NCBI GenBank assembly: GCA_965223415.1
Contig: OZ245002.1
Coordinates: forward strand, 1,856,001-1,920,000
Direction of reading: 5' to 3'
DNA length: 64,000 bases
Origin: Myxococcota bacterium
GTDB lineage: Bacteria > Myxococcota_A > UBA9160 > UBA6930
The notes under the pieces were generated by a model, which was given only the letters and a program-made list of their open reading frames with translations, had not been told where the DNA came from and made no database searches. This document shows positions 17,378 to 25,443 of this stretch, piece after piece (the first letter of the stretch is position 1; every line of letters begins with the position of its first letter). Position numbers and translations under genes: made by a program.

Positions 17378-19378
17378 GTGGCGAAGCTCGGGTGCATCCG
17401 GAGCCGCAGGCGCGGCAAGAAGGGCGTTCGGGAGTTCTACCTGGACTTCCGGCCGGTGGGGCGCGTGTGGACGAACCACGGGGTCAGGATGACGGACGAG
17501 GCCACGGCGCGGCGGCTGCTCGAGAAGATCCGCGACCAGGTGGCCGAGGACGTGTCGCTCGAGGAGGTGCTGGCGCGCTACCAGCCGGCCAGCGCACCGA
17601 CCAACCTGGTGCCAACCTGGCTCGAGCGCTGGATCGAGCTCCGCCGCCGCGAGATGGCGGCCGGCTCGCTGTCGCCGAACTTCGTCCGGGAGCTGGAGCG
17701 CTTGGCCGCGCCCGGCGGCCACTTCTCGTTCTTCGACCGGGTGTCGATCCACGAAGTGACGTACGGGCTGCTCGAGGACTGGAGCCTCTGGCTCGCGGAC
17801 CGCGGGCAGAGCCCGAAGTCGCGCCGGAACTACCTGGGCTACATGCGCTCCTTCCTGCGCTGGCTGGAGCTCCGGGGCGAGATCCCGAAGGCACCCCGCG
17901 TACCGTCGGTGCGCGTCGAGGAGCACGAGCCCCGCATCCTCTCCGTCGCCGACCAGGACCTCGTCCTGGCCCACATCCCCGAGGCCGAGCGCGGGATCTT
18001 CCTCGCCCTGGCGCACCTGGGGCTGCGGCCGGGCGAGGCGCGGGCGCTCCAGGTCGCCGACTACCGGGACGGCTGGCTGCACGTGGACAAGGCCGCCAAG
18101 TCGAAGTCGGTGAGCGCGGAGATCCGCGGCACGAAGACGGGCAAGCCGAAGCGGCTCCCGGTAAGCGAAGAGCTGACAGAGTGGATCGCGCGCCACGTGA
18201 ATCCCGCTGGCCGCTTCTCCGCCGCGCCCCTCTTCCCGAACCCACGCACCGGCCGGATGTGGCCGCACAAGGCGCTGGCGCGCATCTGGAACCGTGCGCT
18301 GGAAGACGCCGAGCTCCCGCACGTCTCGCTCTACGAGGGCACGAAGCACTCGATGGCGACCGACGCGATCCGCCGCGGCGTCCCCGAGCGTGCCCTCCAG
18401 CGCTTCCTCGGCCACGCCTCGGTTCAGTCCACCCGCCGCTACGCCCGCCTCGCCGACAACGCGCTCATCGAGGTCCTACGCCCCGCATCCCGGCGCGACG
18501 ACGGACTTGGCGACAAGTTGGCGACAAGGGTTCCCGAACCGAAGCTGAGAAGAGACAAGGACTTGCGCGTGGGCCCTCCTGGATTCGAACCAGGGCCCCT
18601 ACTCGATCGCCAGAACCTTCACCTCGAACTCCAACGCCTGCCCCGCCAACGGGTGGTTGAGATCCAGCACGATCTCCTCCCCCTTCACCTCATGCACCCG
18701 CACCGGCCGCTTGCTCCCATCCGCCGCCTGCGCCACGAGCTGAGCCCCAGCCTCACGCGCCCCTTCCGGGATCTCCGCGGCAGGCACAGTCCGGAACAGC
18801 TCCGAGTTCACCTCGCCGTACCCCTCGGCGGCGGTCAGCGAGACATTCTTCTCGTCGCCGACCTTCATGCCGAGGAGCTCCTTCTCCAGCTCGGGGAGGA
18901 TCTGGCTCGAGCCCTGCTCGTAGGTGAGGGCTTCGCCGCCGACGTTGGTGTCGGCGACGGTACCGTCGGTGAGCTTCAGGCTGTATTCGATCGAGACGCG
19001 GTTTCCATCGCTGATCACGGCAGGCTTGTCCCCTTCCTGGGCGTGGGCCTGGCCGAGTGCCAGCATCAATACACACAGGAAGAGGGTCATCCCCGTCGTC
19101 GCACGGGACGTGGAGGGCACGGCGGGCTCCCGGTTCGTGGGGACGCGGGGGTCCCCGTGATTTCCGCGGCGACGGCCTCCGGACCTCTTCCGGGGCATCG
19201 TCGCTGGAACCGAAGCGTCCGGGCGCGCCTTCGCGGGCTCGTGCGAGCGAGAACGATCGGATCCGGCGAGGGTAGCAATCGGCGGGCAGTGCGCTGGAGC
19301 CGCTCGCGGCCGGGGCGGGGAGGTGGGCCCTGCACGATTCGAACGTGCGACCCTCCGGTTATGAGCCGGGTGCTCTAA
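17378..19378 (+). CDS. Tyrosine integrase; homology ends near 18600 and the frame runs on antisense to the FKBP gene and tRNA
   Basis: GLRPGEARAL, TK, YEGTKHS and LGHASVQSTRRY. Probable GTG start at 17378 (uncertain). No stop codon until 19378. Confidence 0.85.
   Translation: MAKLGCIRSRRRGKKGVREFYLDFRPVGRVWTNHGVRMTDEATARRLLEKIRDQVAEDVSLEEVLARYQPASAPTNLVPTWLERWIELRRREMAAGSLSPNFVRELERLAAPGGHFSFFDRVSIHEVTYGLLEDWSLWLADRGQSPKSRRNYLGYMRSFLRWLELRGEIPKAPRVPSVRVEEHEPRILSVADQDLVLAHIPEAERGIFLALAHLGLRPGEARALQVADYRDGWLHVDKAAKSKSVSAEIRGTKTGKPKRLPVSEELTEWIARHVNPAGRFSAAPLFPNPRTGRMWPHKALARIWNRALEDAELPHVSLYEGTKHSMATDAIRRGVPERALQRFLGHASVQSTRRYARLADNALIEVLRPASRRDDGLGDKLATRVPEPKLRRDKDLRVGPPGFEPGPLLDRQNLHLELQRLPRQRVVEIQHDLLPLHLMHPHRPLAPIRRLRHELSPSLTRPFRDLRGRHSPEQLRVHLAVPLGGGQRDILLVADLHAEELLLQLGEDLARALLVGEGFAADVGVGDGTVGELQAVFDRDAVSIADHGRLVPFLGVGLAECQHQYTQEEGHPRRRTGRGGHGGLPVRGDAGVPVISAATASGPLPGHRRWNRSVRARLRGLVRARTIGSGEGSNRRAVRWSRSRPGRGGGPCTIRTCDPPVMSRVL
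18507..18528 (+). repeat. Tandem 11-bp direct repeat TTGGCGACAAG x2 (putative integrase arm-type sites)
   Basis: Exact tandem repeat about 40 bp from the tRNA-like att fragment. Confidence 0.6.
18569..18600 (-). repeat. tRNA 3'-end fragment (T-arm plus acceptor strand), probable att site
   Basis: Minus strand A-GGGGC-CCTGG-TTCGAAT-CCAGG-AGGGCCC-AC aligns with the nearby tRNA A-GGGTC-GCACG-TTCGAAT-CGTGC-AGGGCCC-ACC. Confidence 0.8.
18599..19090 (-). CDS. FKBP-type PPIase, SlyD-like, with N-terminal signal peptide
   Basis: VSIEYSLK...LEKELLGMKVGDEK...AEGYG...VLDLNHPLAGQALEFEVKV. Leader MTLFLCVLMLALGQAHA. Start position uncertain. Confidence 0.88.
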   Translation of the reverse strand: MTLFLCVLMLALGQAHAQEGDKPAVISDGNRVSIEYSLKLTDGTVADTNVGGEALTYEQGSSQILPELEKELLGMKVGDEKNVSLTAAEGYGEVNSELFRTVPAAEIPEGAREAGAQLVAQAADGSKRPVRVHEVKGEEIVLDLNHPLAGQALEFEVKVLAIE

Positions 19379-19396
19379 CCCCTGAGCTAAGGGCCC
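19324..19396 (-). tRNA. tRNA with CAU anticodon, most likely tRNA-Ile2 (lysidine)
   Basis: GGGCCCT TA GCTC AGGGGTTA GAGC A CCCGG CTCATAA CCGGA GGGTC GCACG TTCGAAT CGTGC AGGGCCC A forms a cloverleaf. G1:C72 excludes initiator tRNA. Followed by CCT, so CCA is not fully encoded. Confidence 0.9.
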
Positions 19397-19445
19397 GCCC
19401 CGATGCTAGCGGTTGCGCGCCTCGCGGGGGCCGACTCGCGCGGGC

Positions 19446-19760
19446 CTAGGCCTCGACGATGTCGGCCTTCGTGGTCTCGATGAAAGCGACGACTTCGGCG
19501 CGCTCGCGGTCGGGCACCGAGAAGGTGTCGAGGGTCACGTTCAGGTGGGCCATGAAGCTGGCCCAGTCGCTCTCGCTGATGCGCATCCCCTCGTGGGAGG
19601 TCTTCATGTCGCGCCCGGTGTAGTACATGGGGCCGCCGGCGCTGAAGGCGAGGAAGTCGATCAGGAGCTGCTTCTCCCGGGACACGCCGTCGGCGCCGCG
19701 GTGCTGCCAGAAGCGGCCGAGCTGGGGGTCGGCCATCAGCCGGGAGAGGAGATCGTTCGC
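19446..19760 (-). pseudogene. Group I truncated hemoglobin, 5'-truncated
   Basis: ANDLLSRLMADPQLGRFW...GGPMYYTGRDMKTSHEGMRI. In-frame TGA at 19763-19761 where the usual SLYERLGG N-terminus is expected. Abuts the transposase. Confidence 0.75.
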
Positions 19761-19777
19761 TCACGGGGATCGGTCGC

Positions 19778-20869
19778 TCAGTCCGCGTAGCGAAGTCGGT
19801 GAGTCCTCTGCCTCGCGAGGCATCGCGTGCGGATCCGGCCGCGGTAGCAGGCCGTGAGCCAGGGCGCGAGCTCCTGGCGCCACGGGAAGAGGCGACGCGA
19901 GAGGATCTCGTTCACCGAGAGCCGTGTCGGGACGATCCCGAGCTGCACCGCCGGGGGATCGCTGCGCTTGCCCTCGGCGCTCCACTTCACGTAGTTCCGC
20001 CACACCACCCAGATCGCCGCCCGGTACAGCGCCCCCTGCCTCCGCTTCGAGAACGCGATCGTCTCCCGCTTGTGGTTCGCGCTGCCGTGGCGCAAGAGCA
20101 GGTCCGCCAGGTTGATCGGGAAGAGCGGGTTCTTCGCCGTCCTCGCCTTGCGCGACGACGTCGTCTCGTGGACGATCCTCCGCCCCGGGAGCCGGCGAAG
20201 GGCCCCGGGGTAGCTCGGATGCTCGTCCGAGCGCACGACGACCTCCGCGCCCTCCGGCACGATCCGGCCCACGAGCTCCTGGACGGCCTTGCCCGTGGCC
20301 CCGGGGTCCGGACGCCCGTGGGCCTGCTCCAACCGCTCGCGCTTCGCCCGCTGGGCCTTCGTCATCGTCCCGCTCCTCCGCAGCTCGGCCTCGTTGAAGC
20401 CGTAGACGTAGTGGGACGCGCCCACCACCAGGTTCAGGTCGAAGGGCCAGTACTGGCCGGACTCGACGCTGCGGAAGCCGTCGAGGGCCAGGGGCTCGGC
20501 CGGCACCCGGGGCCGGAGGCGCTCGTGGAAGAGCAGGCAGTGGCGCCCCAGGCGCTCGACCTGGCGCTGGAGGGTCGCGTGGGAGACGCCCAGCTCCTGG
20601 GCGATCTGGCGCAGGCCACTGCAGCCGCGCATGCGGAAAAACAGCGTCTCCAGGAGGTCGGGGGCGCGGAGCCAGTAGGTGGGGGAGAACGTCGGTTCAC
20701 TGAACGAGCGGCGGCAGTGTTGACAGAGGTACCGCTGGACGCGGTCGCCGCGGCGGGGGCGGGAGAAGAAGCCCTTCTTCTTGAACCGCCAAGGGCCCGA
20801 ATTCGTGTGGGAATCACATGTGGGGTTCGGACAGTGCGGGGGAACGAAGGTAGCGCCGGCGGTCGGCAT
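19778..20869 (-). mobile_element. IS1/IS1595-like DDE transposase (zinc ribbon, HTH, DDE)
   Basis: CPNPTC...QRYLCQHCRRSFS, LRQIAQELGVSHATL, LDGF, RSDEHPSY and KRETIAFSK. Element ends not resolved. Confidence 0.7.
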
Positions 20870-20920
20870 GACCGCCCTTCACCGCACGTTTCATGCCGGA
20901 CCCATTCTTCGATCCACAAC

Positions 20921-21517
20921 TCAGTCCCCGAGGTGCAGCCGCTTCTCCCGCGCCCGATCCCGGAGCTCCGCCGCGAGCGCCTGGCGCGCCTCGTCTCCCT
21001 CCGTCGTCTCCAAGCGCTTGGCGACGCTCTCGAGCAGCTCCGCGTCCGCGCGGGCGCGGCGGGTGAGCACGCTGGCGAGCTCGTCGATGGCGGCGGCCAC
21101 GCCCGCGAGGCGGTGGCCGGCGCGGAGGCGGGTGGGGGTGGTGTAGTGGCCGTCGGCCAGGCGGTGGAGGGTGTATCGGAGGGAGGAGGTGGGGCCGAGC
21201 ATGCGGTGGGTCTCGACGACGACCAGGGCCATGGCGGCCAGGCACACGGCGAGGCCACTCGTGACCAGGGCGGCCCAGCCGAGGGGGGAGGCGTCGGCCA
21301 GGGAGCGGGCGATGCTGGCGTCGTGCTCGGCGAGGGTCTGCTGGAGGAGGTAGGTCTCGTGGTGGATGCCGGCGGCCAGGAGCAGGACGCCGCCGAACAG
21401 GATGGCAGCGACGGTGGCGGCCAGGCCGAGCTGGTAGCGGGCGTCGATGACGACGGTGCGGCGCTGGCCGAGGACGAAGCCGAGGAAGCGTGGCGTGGCG
21501 ACGACGGGCTCGGACAT
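20921..21517 (-). CDS. Membrane protein with two TM helices and a HAMP-like domain
   Basis: RRTVVIDARYQ, TM helices, then THRMLGP...LADGHYTTPTRLRAG...IDELA. Confidence 0.65.
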   Translation of the reverse strand: MSEPVVATPRFLGFVLGQRRTVVIDARYQLGLAATVAAILFGGVLLLAAGIHHETYLLQQTLAEHDASIARSLADASPLGWAALVTSGLAVCLAAMALVVVETHRMLGPTSSLRYTLHRLADGHYTTPTRLRAGHRLAGVAAAIDELASVLTRRARADAELLESVAKRLETTEGDEARQALAAELRDRAREKRLHLGD

Positions 21518-21575
21518 GGGGGTACCTCCTGGCCTCTGGATCGGACGAGCGGGAGGTCCTTCGGTGTGGGCGCCG

Positions 21576-22187
21576 TCACGGTCCGCTGGGGGCGACGGGA
21601 GCTCCGGCAGCGCCGTGCTCGGCATGGCAGCCCCGGCACTCCCGGTCGATGCGCTCCCGAACCAGGAAGTAGACGATCCCGCTCCCGCCCCGCTCGTGCA
21701 CCGCGTGACACGAGACGCACACGGGCACGTCCTCCGCGTCGTGCTCCGCCACGCCATGGAAGGCCTCCAACGTGAAGCCCGGCGCCGCCGAGCCGCGCTG
21801 GGTCGGATGGCAGCGGCGGCAGGCGTCCTTCGAGAGATCGAAGGGCATGGCGTCCGGCTCCTCGAAGGCGCCGGCCAGGTATCGGACGCCGTCCCACGCC
21901 GCGAACGCCTTCACCCGCGCGTGCTCCATGGGCGCAGCGCCGGCGTGGCAGTCGATGCAGCGGAAGGCCGAGTCCTCGCGCTCCTCGACCCAGCCCCGCC
22001 CGTGCACGCCCGCCAGGCTCACCGGGATCACGCGGTCGAAGTCCTCGCGGATCTCCTGATGAAGTGGCGTCGCGTCGGGCAGGTGGCAGGAGGTGCAGAA
22101 GTCGTTGCGTTGCTCGAGGTGGTCGGTGACCGCCCACGCGAAGCCGCCGAGAAGCATCAGGAGCGCGAGGAGCCCGAGCGGTCGCAT
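21576..22187 (-). CDS. Pentaheme cytochrome c, NapC/NrfH-like N-terminus
   Basis: N-terminal membrane anchor; five CxxCH motifs: CTSCH, CIDCH, CRRCH, CVSCH and CRGCH. Confidence 0.85.
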   Translation of the reverse strand: MRPLGLLALLMLLGGFAWAVTDHLEQRNDFCTSCHLPDATPLHQEIREDFDRVIPVSLAGVHGRGWVEEREDSAFRCIDCHAGAAPMEHARVKAFAAWDGVRYLAGAFEEPDAMPFDLSKDACRRCHPTQRGSAAPGFTLEAFHGVAEHDAEDVPVCVSCHAVHERGGSGIVYFLVRERIDRECRGCHAEHGAAGAPVAPSGP

Positions 22188-22257
22188 GCGCGGCGAGTTT
22201 CAGCAACCGGACGCGGTGGCACAAGCAGCACGAGCAGCGGCGGCTTCGGAACCGCGC

Positions 22258-23442
22258 TCAGCTCCCCTCCTCGGCGGCTTCGAGCATGCCCTGCAGGCGC
22301 CCGACGCTCTCGACGAACTCGTCCATGAACTCGTAGATCACCTCGGCGCTGCTCTTCTCCTCCTTCATCCGCCCGACCACCTGGCCAACGGGCATGCCGA
22401 CCAGTGCCTGGGCCTTGGCGCCGTCCTTCCGCGCCGCCAGGCCGATGCGGGCCTGGGCGTCGGCGGTGGCCATGTACTGCAGCGGCATGGGCAGGGTGCC
22501 GGGGCACTCGGGGCGCTCCCAGGCCTCGGTCCAGGCGGTGCGTAGGAGCCGCGCGGGCTTGCCGGAGAGCGAGCGCGAGCGCACGGCGTCGCGCGGGCCG
22601 GCCCGGAAGAGCTTGCCCTTCACGAGGGGGGAGACGTCGGCTTCGCGCACGCCGAGCCACACGCTGCCGGTCCAGATGCCTTGGGCGCCCAGGGCCATGG
22701 CGGCGGCGGCCTGGCGTCCGCTGGCGATGCCGCCGGCGCCGAGCACGGGGGTGGGGGCGACGGCGTCGACGATGTCGGGCAGTAGCACCATCGAGCCGAT
22801 CTCGCCGGTGTGGCCGCCGGCCTCGGTGCCCTGGGCGACGATGATGTCGACACCCTGCTCCTTCTGGCGCAGCGCGTGCTCCACGGTGCCGGTGAGGGCC
22901 GCCACCTTCACGTCGTGCTCGTGGGCCAGGTCGATGATGTCCTTCGGCGGCGGGCCGAGGGCGTTCACGAGCAGCTTCACGCGCTCGTGCTTCAGCGCGA
23001 TGGCGACGTGGTTGCGGCCGCCGCCTTCGGTCCATCCCAAGAGGCCCTGCTGGCCGGCGCCGCCGGTGCCGGGATCTCGCTCGTGGTCTTTGGGCAGCAG
23101 CGGCACCTCGTACTCCTCGAGCACGGTCTCGATCCACGCGGTCACCTCCGGCGGGATCATGCTCTTGAACTGGACGGCGTCCTCGGCGTCGCCCTTCTTG
23201 CCGAGGCCGGTCTCCTTGCCGATGTGGCCCATGGGCATGACGGTGTCGACGCCGTAGGGCTTGTCGCCGGTGTGCTCGTCGATCCACTTGCACTCGATCT
23301 CGAGCTGCTCCGGGCTGAAGGCCAGGGCGCCGAGCACGCCCAGGCCGCCGGCGTTGCTCACGGCGGCCACCACGTCCCGGCAGTGACTGAAGGCGAAGAT
23401 GGGGACGTCGATGCCGAACAGGTCGCACAGCTCGGTGCGCAT
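22258..23442 (-). CDS. Nitronate monooxygenase / FabK-like flavoprotein
   Basis: MRTELCDLFGIDVPIFAFSH, AQGTEAGGHTG and LGAGGI. SD GGAGGAG. Confidence 0.9.
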   Translation of the reverse strand: MRTELCDLFGIDVPIFAFSHCRDVVAAVSNAGGLGVLGALAFSPEQLEIECKWIDEHTGDKPYGVDTVMPMGHIGKETGLGKKGDAEDAVQFKSMIPPEVTAWIETVLEEYEVPLLPKDHERDPGTGGAGQQGLLGWTEGGGRNHVAIALKHERVKLLVNALGPPPKDIIDLAHEHDVKVAALTGTVEHALRQKEQGVDIIVAQGTEAGGHTGEIGSMVLLPDIVDAVAPTPVLGAGGIASGRQAAAAMALGAQGIWTGSVWLGVREADVSPLVKGKLFRAGPRDAVRSRSLSGKPARLLRTAWTEAWERPECPGTLPMPLQYMATADAQARIGLAARKDGAKAQALVGMPVGQVVGRMKEEKSSAEVIYEFMDEFVESVGRLQGMLEAAEEGS

Positions 23443-23453
23443 GGGGCTCCTCC

Positions 23454-24125
23454 TCAGGATGCGGGGACGATCTCGTGCAGGTTCTTCGGAACCTCGGTGG
23501 CGCGGCCGTGCTGGAAGCGCAGCGCGCACTGGCCGCAGCCCTGGCCGAGGGTCTCGTGGGCGTCGACGCCCATGTTCATGAGCCTGCTATAGGTGACGTC
23601 GGCGAAGTTGCAGTAGGGCGAGAGCTCGCGCACGTCCTGGGCTGCGTACCACTTGTTGACGGCGCACTCGTCGAAGACCATGGAGATCTCGCCGCCGGGG
23701 CCGTGCTCGACCCGCCACACGAAGTCCTCGGTGTAGCGTTTCTCCTGGGAGCGGCGGGCCTGGCGCTCGAAGTAGCGGCGGGCCAGCCTCGAGAGCGCGA
23801 GCCGGCCGATCGCACGCAGCAGCCAGGCGGGCTTGCGGCGCAGCCACGCGTCGAAGGCCTCCTGACAGGCGCGCACGCTGTCCGCGGCGCTGAGCCCGTG
23901 CTCGCGCATGGCGCGGTGTAGCGCCACGATCCAGCCGTTCGTGGTCATCACGCCCTGGAAGACGTTGCGGCGCCCGCCAATGTCGGGCACCTGGGGGCGC
24001 AGTCGCTCGTACTCAGGGCGGGCGGCGACGACGATTTCGTCGGCCCGCGCCGCGCCGTGGTGGCGGACCAGGACGGGGCGCACCTCGCGCAGGAAGACTT
24101 CGAAGGTGCGGTAGCGGACGGGCAT
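23454..24125 (-). CDS. L-2-amino-thiazoline-4-carboxylate hydrolase-like protein
   Basis: C-terminal ECAVNKWY...YCNFAD...TLGQGCGQCALRF pattern. Confidence 0.65.
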   Translation of the reverse strand: MPVRYRTFEVFLREVRPVLVRHHGAARADEIVVAARPEYERLRPQVPDIGGRRNVFQGVMTTNGWIVALHRAMREHGLSAADSVRACQEAFDAWLRRKPAWLLRAIGRLALSRLARRYFERQARRSQEKRYTEDFVWRVEHGPGGEISMVFDECAVNKWYAAQDVRELSPYCNFADVTYSRLMNMGVDAHETLGQGCGQCALRFQHGRATEVPKNLHEIVPAS

Positions 24126-24145
24126 GGGGCGACCTCACGGGTCCA

Positions 24146-24935
24146 TTGTACGCTAGCCGCGTGATCTGGGCGGACGACAGGGACCGCGGGCTGCCCATCG
24201 TCGGCCAGGGCGCCGGCAACGCGATCGGCCAGGTGGTGTTCGTCGTCGCGGCGGCCGTCCTCGCCGGCGTGATCAGTGCGCGCTGGGGCGGGAACCTGTG
24301 GCCCCTGTCCTGGCCGCTCTGGGCCCAGGTGCTGCTGGCGATCATCGCCGCCGAGGGGCTCGACTACTGGCGCCATCGCCTGGAGCACCAGGTGTCGTGG
24401 CTCTGGCCGATCCACGCGCTGCACCACGATCTCGACCGCATGAACGTCATCAAGTCGAGCCGCGGCCACTTCCTCGACATGTTCTTCCGCAACCTCGTGG
24501 TCTATGCGCCGCTGGCGCTGGTGGGCGCGCCCATGGAGGTGATGCTCTCCTACGCCGCCGCGGTCACCGTGTTCGGCCCCCGTCGCCCACGCCAACGTCG
24601 TGGTCCCGGCGCCGCGCTGGCTCTACCGCCTCGTGCTCACGCCCCAGGTGCACTGGCTGCATCACGCCCGGCCGATGGCGCTCTCTTGCAGCAACTGCGC
24701 AAACGTCTTCCCCTGGGGGGATGTGCTCTTCGGGAGCTTCGAGCATCCCGACGACCACCCGATCTTCGAATACGGGATCGAGGAGCCCCGCCAGCCCGAA
24801 GGCTTCCTGGGACAGCTCGTCGCGCCCTTCGAGGACTGGCGTCAGGCAGCCAGCGGGTTCTCGTGGAAGGCCGCGGGCACCTCCTCGGGCGCCAGCTTGA
24901 CGAGGTCGTCCTCGGTGAGCGGCCCCTCCGAGTAG
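24146..24935 (+). pseudogene. Sterol desaturase / fatty-acid hydroxylase family, frameshifted
   Basis: His boxes YWRHRLEH and IHALHH in one frame; AHAN and HWLHH in the next. One extra C in the C5 run at 24577-24581. Confidence 0.75.
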
Positions 24936-25441
24936 GCATGCTCGCCGGCGCCGAGCCCGTCCTCGTCGAACACGAAGGAGAGACAGGTGCGCTTGGTCGC
25001 CTGGTAGACGGCCTCCGGGTCGTCCACCTCGATGCCGAAGATCGGCTCGAGCAGCTGGCCCGGGTAGAGCTGGTGGACGAGGCCCTCGACGAAGACCACG
25101 TCGGTGCCGACCACGAGCTTCTCGACCTCGAAGTGGATCAGGTAGATGTTCGACTCGATGAGCCCGCGGTAGTGGGTCTCCAGCTCCTCGTAGCTCTGGG
25201 GCGCGCCGAAGCGGGCGCCGTAGGTGGCGTAGTGCTGGCGCTTCTTCGAGCAGGTGGCCATCAGCGTCTCGTAGTCGCCGGAGGCCTCGGCGCGGGCGTG
25301 GTCGATGAAGTTCTGCAGGATCTGCCGCCGCCGTGGCTCCTCCAGGGTCTCGAGGTGGCGCTCGGCCACCTCGACGACGTTCATCGGGTCGAACCGCGCC
25401 ATGTCGATGGGCTTGTTCTCCAGGGTGTGGCCGATGTACAT
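24842..25441 (-). CDS. SnoaL/NTF2-like fold protein
   Basis: MYIGHTLEN...HARAEASGDYETLMAT...FDEDGLGAGEHAY. Starts 2 bp after the upstream gene's stop; SD GGAGG. Confidence 0.6.
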   Translation of the reverse strand: MYIGHTLENKPIDMARFDPMNVVEVAERHLETLEEPRRRQILQNFIDHARAEASGDYETLMATCSKKRQHYATYGARFGAPQSYEELETHYRGLIESNIYLIHFEVEKLVVGTDVVFVEGLVHQLYPGQLLEPIFGIEVDDPEAVYQATKRTCLSFVFDEDGLGAGEHAYSEGPLTEDDLVKLAPEEVPAAFHENPLAA

Positions 25442-25443
25442 GC

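Noticed and set aside
18600..19378. Integrase C-terminal extension as a genuine extra domain
   Set aside because: It is the antisense reading of the FKBP gene and tRNA, so it is treated as read-through.
19324..19396. Initiator or elongator tRNA-Met assignment
   Set aside because: Lacks the C1:A72 mismatch and three G:C anticodon-stem pairs of the initiator. The acceptor stem looks Ile2-like, though elongator Met is not fully excluded.
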